This document shows positions 55,761 through 64,000 of a DNA stretch of 64,000 nt, piece by piece. The stretch's first letter is position 1. Each line of letters opens with the position of its first letter. The notes under the pieces were generated by a model. That model worked only from the letters and a program-made list of their open reading frames with translations, did not search any database and had not been told where the DNA came from. Where the stretch lies: NCBI RefSeq assembly GCF_006345805.1, contig NC_043010.1:40176001-40240000 (forward strand), written 5' to 3'. The stretch comes from Octopus sinensis. Taxonomy: Eukaryota. A program made the translations under genes and the position numbers.

Positions 55761-56570
55761 ATATCTATATATACATATATATATATATGTATGTATATAC
55801 ATATACGTACATGTGTGCAAGTGTACGTGAATGTGTGTAGGTGTGTGCGTGTGTGTGTGTGTGTGTGTTTTGCGTCAGAGACAGAGAATGTGTAATATGA
55901 ATGTCTATGATAGCATACATGAAAGGACTTTGTAAACATAATAGCATTCAGGTTGGAATTAATACAAAATCAATATCCCGTTATACACGATGCATCATAT
56001 TATCTGTACATAGATATATATGCATACATACATATACATACATACATAACATACATAGATATACATACATACCTAACATACATAGATACATACATATATA
56101 CATATATATATATAACATACATAGATATACATACATATATAACATACATAGATACACATACATACATACATATATACATATATGTAATATGTGTGTATAT
56201 ATATATATATATCCATATATGTGTGCCTGTGTGTGTATGCGTGTGTGTGTATGCGTGTGTGCGTGTATGTATATATATATCCACGAATATATGTACATAC
56301 ATATATGTATGCACACATATATACATATGTGTGTATATATACACTTATATCTGCCTACCACTCTGTATGTTTGTATGTATGGGTCTATTTCTGTATGCGT
56401 GTATGTGAGTGTGTATGTATGTATGTGTGTATGGATGTGTGGATGTATACAGGGTGTTTGAGGATAAATCTCACAGTTTGCATAAGAGTAAAAGCAAGTA
56501 CAATGTCCCATCCAAAGAGAAAAGTATTTTAAAACATCAAAAAACAAGATTATGACTGGGAGATAGCAGT

Positions 56571-56670
56571 TCCAAGTAGTCACCCTCAACTCCAAGTAGT
56601 CACCCTCAGCTCCAAGTAGTCACCCTCAACTCCAAGTAGTCACCCTCAACTCCATATAGTCACCCTTAAC
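56571..56670 (+). repeat. 20-bp minisatellite, 5 copies
   Basis: (TCCAAGTAGTCACCCTCAAC)x5 with no spacers; the last copy is degenerate. Confidence 0.95.
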
Positions 56671-57692
56671 ATTCACCACAACATCAAGACGGTTCTAAAA
56701 CATCTCGCAAGCGTTGCTCACCAATATATTAAGCTGTTCCTGTAAAAAGAAGAAATCGTCAAATTTATCCCAAATACCCTGTATTAGAAGAGTATAGATT
56801 TCATGAATCATTATCTTGTATATATAAATGTTTATAATAATTTATTATTTTTGAAACTCCAAACACTGCGATTTATAAAAAATAAAAAAGGTTGTTCGTT
56901 TCAGTATGTAACGGTCAGGTGCCCTTCCTCGGGAACTCTTTTGAAGAAAGTTGTTATTCGCTGAAGCCTCTGTCTTGTAGGAAGACAAATTGCTTCCTGT
57001 GTTGCATTGTCTGTCTGCTTGTGTGTGTGTGTGCGTGTGTGTGGGTGAGAGTGGGGGGAGCGTGTGAGTGTTTGTATGTGTGAGTGTGTGTGCGTGTGTG
57101 TATGAGTGTGTGTGTGGTGTGTGTGTGAGTGGGGGTGCGTGTGAGTGTGAGAGTGTGTGTGAGTGAGTGTTTGTGTGTATTTCTGTGCGTATGTGTGTGA
57201 GTTTGTGTGTGTGTGAGAGAGAGAGGGTGTGTGTGTGTGTGTGTGTCCGTGCGTGTAATATCGACGTTAGTTATGTTTTGAATATACCTCTCACAGTCTC
57301 GAATCATTTCCGATGAAATGAATATAAAAAAAAAAGTTCTTGTATGCTTCGAATCAAAACTGCTGCCTTTCCTCGATGGAATTTGTTTTGTCCTATTCTC
57401 CATCAGTTCCTGCAAACTTTCGATAATCAAATAATGCAAAAAGGCTTCTACATGCTTCTCTGCGTATCATCTAATCTTGCACTGTATGGTCGTCAGTCAC
57501 ATTCTAACTTGTGTTCATTTTGTAACTGCAGCAACAATTATCCCCTGTTAATATTATTGATTGTTGTTTATTGTTTCGCTTCATTAGCTCCAATAATTAC
57601 GATAAGATTATTCTTTGACAATAAGGAGCTTTCATAAGTTTGATTTCCCATGCATTCGACCAGATGTGTGGCTTACAAGCAATGAAAAGTAT

Positions 57693-57920
57693 TCCCGGTG
57701 CGCGCACTCGCGTACTCACGCATCCGCGCTAGCTCGTCGTGATTAATCGATCCTTACTTTGTATTTTTGTGTTTTATTTACTTTGTTTAAAAAAATTATT
57801 TGCTTTGTGTAAAAAAAAATATTTACTTTTTGTTTTATTAACTTTGCTAGGTAGTCGTAGGATCGACTAGTCACGACTAGCTAGTGCGGGTGCGCGAGTA
57901 CGCGAGTGCGCGTACCGGGA
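57693..57920. mobile_element. MITE-like element with 62-bp CpG-rich terminal inverted repeats
   Basis: TCCCGGTGCGCGCACTCGCG...TCGATCCT / AGGATCGA...CGCGAGTGCGCGTACCGGGA, 7 mismatches, T-rich interior. No TSD is evident. Confidence 0.7.
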
Positions 57921-58209
57921 CCACTCTTCTTAAATAGTACCAGCAATGACTTTTCTGTATCCTCGTTGAATACAATGAATCCTACTACTTTAAGGCTTCA
58001 TACATTATCATTGGATATAGGGAAGATAAGATTTACTTGTAACAATTTCAAATTTTAGGTTAGGCTCGACAGTTAAATTCCTTTTGTAATAACCAGCCAG
58101 CAATTCTTACTGTGCAAGGCAATGTTTGATAAGCTTTTGTTTTCTCATTAATTGAAAGATTGCTTTGTGTTTGGATGGTGCAGAATTTATTTTCCAATCA
58201 TCTTCACAG

Positions 58210-58279
58210 GCTTACCTTCAGGCGAAGTCTCCATTGAAACAATATATCACTGATTTGGTTTCTCCTACAAACGCTATAG
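58210..58279 (+). CDS. Candidate internal exon (AYLQAKSPLKQYITDLVSPTNAI)
   Basis: Strong acceptor TTTTCCAATCATCTTCACAG|G, donor TAG|GTATAA, one open frame, phase-compatible with the 22872 candidate. Confidence 0.35.
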
Positions 58280-58619
58280 GTATAAACAGTGTCAAATCCT
58301 CAGAGAAAATATACAGTTAATGTTCAGAATTGTTTATCAAATAATTTATGAATACCAAGGATAGAAATACCTCAAGTATTGAGCATCGCTGAACCGGTTC
58401 ATTTATGGGTGATACAACTATCTTGTCCTGTAACAAGGAACTAGCTGGATCGCACGTCAATATAGCTTTAAACTACCTCAGCAAATTTCCGACCTTTTTC
58501 CATCTGACATTCATTTTCTATATGATTGCAACACAATTTAAAAGGAGAATAGTTCATTAATTATATCAATAGTTATCGCCAAGCTAATATGGCAGTCCAA
58601 AAATATAGGACAAATAATA

Positions 58620-58790
58620 TTAATAATATTTCTAAGTTCATTAATTGTGTAGAGATTAAAAATGATATTGAGTGCTTCTTTGCTTTGAACGCTGAAGAAT
58701 TTTCTATTCGAGTGGTCAAAAAATTTCTAAATATGTGGGATTATGTTATCAAGAAAAAGAGGAATTGTTATATTGGATAAACAAATCATT
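58620..58790 (+). mobile_element. Old mariner C-terminal fragment
   Basis: EIKNDIECFFALNAEEFSIRVVKKFLNMWDYVI...YI resembles the mariner terminal helix (FF..K..EFY..GI.KL..RW). Confidence 0.5.
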
Positions 58791-58875
58791 ACAGAAGAAA
58801 AGGCATATGGTTCTTTCCCATCTTGAAATGCGTCAAAACTTTCTAATCTAATACGTTTGTGCGTGTGTGTTTGGT

Positions 58876-58926
<51 letters not shown>

Positions 58927-59644
58927 ACGTGCCTGTGCATGAGTGAGAATGTAGCTACATATACTAGCGTTGATATCTTTTATGTTTATTATAAGGCTGT
59001 CGCAAAACTAATATATTGTGAAAAATGTGACATCTTTATTACTGAATCCAGATGAAAACAATATGATTTATGCTTCTCTGACACTCTTCATATGAACATA
59101 TATATCCGATAAAATTCATTCCTATATATTTATGTGTGTCCGTAATTATATCTATAATCGTGTTGTGAGCGATAATTTTTTAAAACATCACCTAAGATGA
59201 GGCCTAATATTTACAAAATCTGTGAAGTGTTTTCCCTTAAGATGTTTTAGGCGGTTTAAGTATCTTCATTCGATGTACTCAGTAACTAAGTTTCGCTTCT
59301 CTCAATGAGAAACAGCATGTCATATTCTCATTACAAGATGGTTTCAAGATGCTTATACATATAACCTGTGCATATTTACCGCGAATGTTACAGGTATAGA
59401 CACATTGACGCTTGTGCATGAAAATGATATGAGAGAAACGATATCAAATGCTAGGGAGAGTGTTTGACTGACCATAGCTACAAGTATTGTTTCTTTTTTT
59501 TATGAAGGTAAGCAAGAATGTAATAGACAGAAAGTGTTCCTTATGGTAAACCATAGCTACTCGAATTTGTCTGTGTAGGTGTGATCAATACTAAATTGTG
59601 GTGCCGACATCTTACAAACAGCTATCAGTATGTGGAATATATAT

Positions 59645-60380
59645 AAGGCGGTGAGCTGGCAGAAACGATAGCACGCCAGGCGAAATGCTTAGCAGTATTT
59701 CGTCTGCCGCTACGTTCTGAGTTCAAATTCCGCCGAGGTTGACTTTGCCTTTCATCCTTTCGGTGTCGATTATATAAGTACCAGTTACATATAATCGACT
59801 TAATCCGTTTGTCTGCCCTTGTTTGTTCCCTCTGTGTTTAGCCCCTTGTGGATAGTAAAGAAATAGGTATTTCGTTTATCTTCACGTTTTGAGCTCAAAT
59901 TCTTCCGAGGTCGACTTTGTCTTTCATCATTTCGGAATCGATAAGTTAAATACCGGTTGCGTATTGGGGTCGATCCAATCAAGTGGCGCCGTCCCCCCAA
60001 ATTTCGTGCCTCGTGCCTAGAGTAAAAAAGAATATGAGGAATACATATAAGGCGGGGAGCTGGTAGAATCGATAGCACGCCGGGTAAAATACGGAGCGAC
60101 ATTTCGTCTGTATTTACGTTCTGAGTTCAAATTCCGCCGAACTTTCAGATCAATATGAGAAGTATATTTGGCAGCGAACTGGTAGAATCGTTAGCACGTC
60201 GGACGAAATGCTTGGCGGCATTTCTTGTGTCTCAACGTTTTGAGTTCAAATTCCACTGAGGTTGACTTTCTCTTTCATCCTTCCGGGTTCGATAAAATAC
60301 GTACCAATTGAACACTCAGGTCAATGAGATCGACATACTCCTTCCTCAGAATTTGCTGGCCTTCCTTGCGCCAAAATTTG
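59645..60380 (+). mobile_element. Cluster of about four family B SINE units
   Basis: Repeated GGCGG(T/G)GAGCTGG heads and GAGTTCAAATTCC boxes. Confidence 0.85.
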
Positions 60381-60649
60381 ATTCGTATAATTTGCTGACC
60401 CTATAGGCGGTAAATCGACCAGCTACAGTCAACAACTAAACGTTCTTGAAATCACCTCTCTCCCTTCAAAAGTAGGAAGGAGATATCAGATAATATAGTA
60501 TAAGAAACCACAGACAAGACTACACAGGAGATATACACTGACAGCTTTAACTTAATTAAAGAGGCCCAAATAAGGAGATACTAAACAGTATCTTGATAAA
60601 CTTCCTACGTAGTCAATATATATTAATAATAACTTTTGGCGCAGGTGCA

Positions 60650-61660
60650 AGGCCTTAATGTTTTGTGTAGAGAAAAACGCGATTGAATCAATCACAATTT
60701 TTATTGCTTTTTTTTTTATTCTTCGCCTATAATTCAGTATTTGAGACCGCATTATCAATTACGACTCTGTATTTTCTGATTGTAGAGTGGAATTTGGTGT
60801 GACTTCGGAGGGATGAAATACGAAATTGATCGGAATTGAAATCAGAATGTAAAGAACCACAGCTAAATATTGCAAGTCATTTTCTCCGACCCCTCTAACG
60901 ATTGTGCCAATCCACAATTTTGAGAATCTTATATGAATTATTTCCAATTTTGACACCAGGCCAACATTCTTATGAAGTGGGTAACACCATTACGTCAACC
61001 CCAGTGCTACTCTGCCTCTAGAAGAGAGAAAGGCAAGTTGCTCTCAGTGGTATTTGAACCCAAAATGAACTGCAGGGAAGTATTTCATCCGTCATACTAA
61101 CGATTCTGCCAGCACGCCAACCAAGAATTATGTACGAATAATTATTTCAAATTTTTAGCACAAGGGCAGTGTGCGAGGAGGTAGGGATGGGTTGATTACA
61201 TCAACCCCAGTATTCAACTAGTTCTTATTTTATGGACGCTGAAAGATGGAAAAGGGGAAGTGGACCTCAGTTGAATTTGAACTCAGAATGTAGTGACGAG
61301 CGAAATGCCGAAAGCCTTTTGGCCAGCGTGCTAACGATTCTTTTCTACTCTAGGCACAAGGCCCGAAATTTTGAGGGAGAGGGCCAGTCGATTAAATCGA
61401 CCCCAGTATTTAACTGGTACTTAATTTATCGACCCCTAAAGGATGAGAGGCAAAGTCGACCTCGGCGGAATTTGAACTCAGAACGTAAAGACAGACGAAA
61501 TACCGCTAAGTATTTCGCCCGGCATACTAACGTTTCTGCCAGCTCGCCGCCTTTCAGTAACCAAATATTCTTTTCTACTCTAGGCACAAGGCCCGAAATA
61601 TTGGGGAGGTAGCCACGCCCGGTGTGCTAACGTTTCTGCCAGCTCACTGCCCTTAGAATT
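60650..61660 (-). mobile_element. Cluster of family B SINE units on the minus strand
   Basis: Several AATTTGAACTCAGAA / TTCTGCCAGC motifs. The copy at 61340-61557 is well preserved. Confidence 0.8.
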
Positions 61661-61759
61661 ATGTACTAATGATATTTATTAGATAAGAATAGATGGACAA
61701 ATTGATTATCATAGACATAGTAGTGTAACTAGTCTCAAACTAATTAGTACTGATAATGA

Positions 61760-62085
61760 AGGCCCGTATCTTAGTGGTTAGTGGTGGTTGGCTCATGGTC
61801 GTAAGATCGTGAGTTCGATTTCCGGCGGAGCATTGTATACTGTAGCAAGACGCTTTATTTCACGCTGCTCCAGTCCACTCAGTTAGCCCATGTGTGTTGT
61901 ATTTGTACCTCAAAGGACGGGCCTTGTCACATTTGGTGTGTTATACTGAATCACCCCGAGAAATACGTTAAATATGCACGTGCCTGTGTGGTGCTCAGCC
62001 AGTTGCACATTAATTTCAGAACCACACTGTTTTCGTTGATCAGACCAACTAGAACCCTCGTCGTCGTAACCGACAGAGTGCCAAT
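61760..62085 (+). mobile_element. SINE family C-related copy
   Basis: tRNA-like head and a 3' end (ACCCTCGTCGTCGTAACCGACAGAGTGC) shared with the 15574 copy. Confidence 0.75.
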
Positions 62086-62369
62086 AATTAGGACTGATAT
62101 TTGAAATTGCATTATCAGAAAAAGCTGGAAGACACGGTGGTTGTTGATTGATTCCAGAACATCCTTATGATGAAAGACGTTCAAACTACGACCATCCTGT
62201 CTTTTCTTTTTACACAGTGTATCTAGGTCTACATTATCTAATGTGCGGAGATATCATCGACAACGACGACAACAGTTTTCAATACTAGGAAGATTATAGG
62301 ACATAGATTATAATTTGAAGCACATAAGGCCTTAAGATTGCTAATAATATCTGATTTATGTTGCAAGAA

Positions 62370-62700
62370 ACAGGTTATACATTGCTCCTTGTATGAAACT
62401 TTGAAAACTGTACATAGGCGGAACCGGACTTAATACATAATATATAGAGACTGGCGAATAACAGGGAAAAATCACGGGGATAAATGTAGCGAATTGCCAG
62501 AAAAAGGCGGCAACCTGGCAAAATTATTAACCACCCCGGACAAGATGCTTTGAAGCTTTTCCTCCAACTTCACTTATTGTTTTCACAGAAAGGCTGAGTT
62601 GTACTTGTAAGTTTGAAGTTATCTTTTATCATTTCGATGGCTATAAAATAAGTAGCCCTTGAGGACCGAAACCGATGTAATTGATTAAACCCTTTCCCAA
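62370..62700 (+). mobile_element. Penelope-like GIY-YIG remnant
   Basis: LYIAPCMKL*KLYIGGTG resembles IY...C..C.K.YIGETG. A degenerate GACCGAAACCG motif follows near 62674-62684. Confidence 0.55.
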
Positions 62701-62740
62701 ATTTTCATGCCGTGTATCTATAGTAGAAAGAAATTACATG

Positions 62741-62955
62741 CTCTTTTACTCTTTACACTTTTACTTGTTTCAGTCATTTGACTGTGGCCCTGCTGAAGCA
62801 CCACCTTTAGTCGACCAAATCAACAAATTATTCTTTGTAAGCCTAGTACTTATTTTATCGGTCTGTTTTGCCGAACCGCTAAGTTATGAAGGACGAAAAC
62901 ACTCCAGCATCGGCTGTCAAGCGATGTTGGGGGACAAACACAGACACACAAACAT

Positions 62956-62994
<39 letters not shown>

Positions 62995-63174
62995 CATATA
63001 TACATATATACGACAGGCTTCTTTCAGTTTCTGTCTACCAAATCCAATCACAACGCTTTGGTCGGCCAGAGGGTATATTAGAAGACACTTGCCCAAGGTG
63101 CCACGCAATGGGACTGAACCCGGAACCATGTGGTTTGTTAGCAAGCTGCTTACCACACAGCCACTCGTACGCCT
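62741..63174 (-). mobile_element. SINE family A, full length
   Basis: Reverse complement of the family A consensus. Confidence 0.9.
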
Positions 63175-64000
63175 AACAAATTTTAGCTAGAAAGATTAAT
63201 AGATTGAAAAGTGTCTGTTAGTTAGAAGGATTAATATACTGAAAAGTCACCGTTTTAGTTAGAGGAATTAATAAATTGAAAAGTGTCCTCTTCATTATTT
63301 AATAAATAATTATTTATTCATTTAGCCACGAAGTTTATCGCATAATAAATTATAACCTACGCAGAGAAGTATATCGATAACAGATTATTCATGTACACTT
63401 ATAATGTACAGTTCTGTACACAACCAGCTGGGATTTAGTTTAATGAAATTCAGAGACGCACCGAAATGCTTCATAGCAGTCTAATTGCCTTTGATATACA
63501 TGTCAAGGGAGAGATGGACAAACATAGAGAAAGCACACCGCCAGATATATTAGTAGATACAAATTTAATTGATTTTAAAATGAAACAGATTATACTTATT
63601 ACCAAAAAAATTACATCTTGATTTCGCTCAATCATCTTTTTACAAATAGTTGACATGGACACTGATGAAAAGATACGAACTGACAACTCCTTCGCTGATA
63701 AATACAGTCGGCTATCAGCACGGTCGTATAATCTCCAAGATGACTAATTATCGAAGATGCTGAAGTTGTGTGTGTCACGTCATTATTTTCAGGTATGCTG
63801 TATTCAGTACTAAACTGTTCAATATATCCAACTTTTCATTTTTTTTTTCTTTTGACTCCTTGTGTGACATTAGGAAGATACGATTTGCATTTATAGAAGC
63901 TTGAGTGACTCTGAAGAAATTGCGCTGTTGACTCGGGCTTCTCACTCGTTGTTTAATATGCCGAGGTGGATGCTTTAATGGCTTCTCTTCATAAAACCAA

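Noticed and set aside
56571-56670. CRISPR-like regular repeats
   Set aside because: The units are directly adjacent with no unique spacers, and the context is eukaryotic. This is a minisatellite.

Overview
This window is eukaryotic, AT-rich and dominated by repeats. The SINE and microsatellite landscape looks like an octopus genome (inference from remembered repeat consensuses). No protein-coding gene can be named; only a few isolated candidate exons are visible. Nearly all ORFs in the supplied track are translations of (TA)n/(CA)n/(TAGA)n/(TACA)n microsatellites or antisense frames of decayed transposons. Recognisable content: three tRNA-derived SINE families (about 20 copies), decayed mariner/maT DNA transposons, RTE, Tx1/L1 and R4/Dong-type (RLE) LINE remnants, and Penelope-like element (PLE) RT/GIY-YIG remnants. 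The most striking signal is a set of about 11 minimal type-I hammerhead-ribozyme motifs from several unrelated short repeat families, most with a palindromic helix III (the dimer-type hammerhead of Penelope-like elements and retrozymes). They include one near-intact copy (31651-31732), a tandem family with a non-canonical CUGUNGA core, and a near-perfect 375-bp palindrome built from partially tandem 362-bp units inserted in (TA)n. Several (TA)n tracts also contain copies of nearby genomic DNA (templated insertions).
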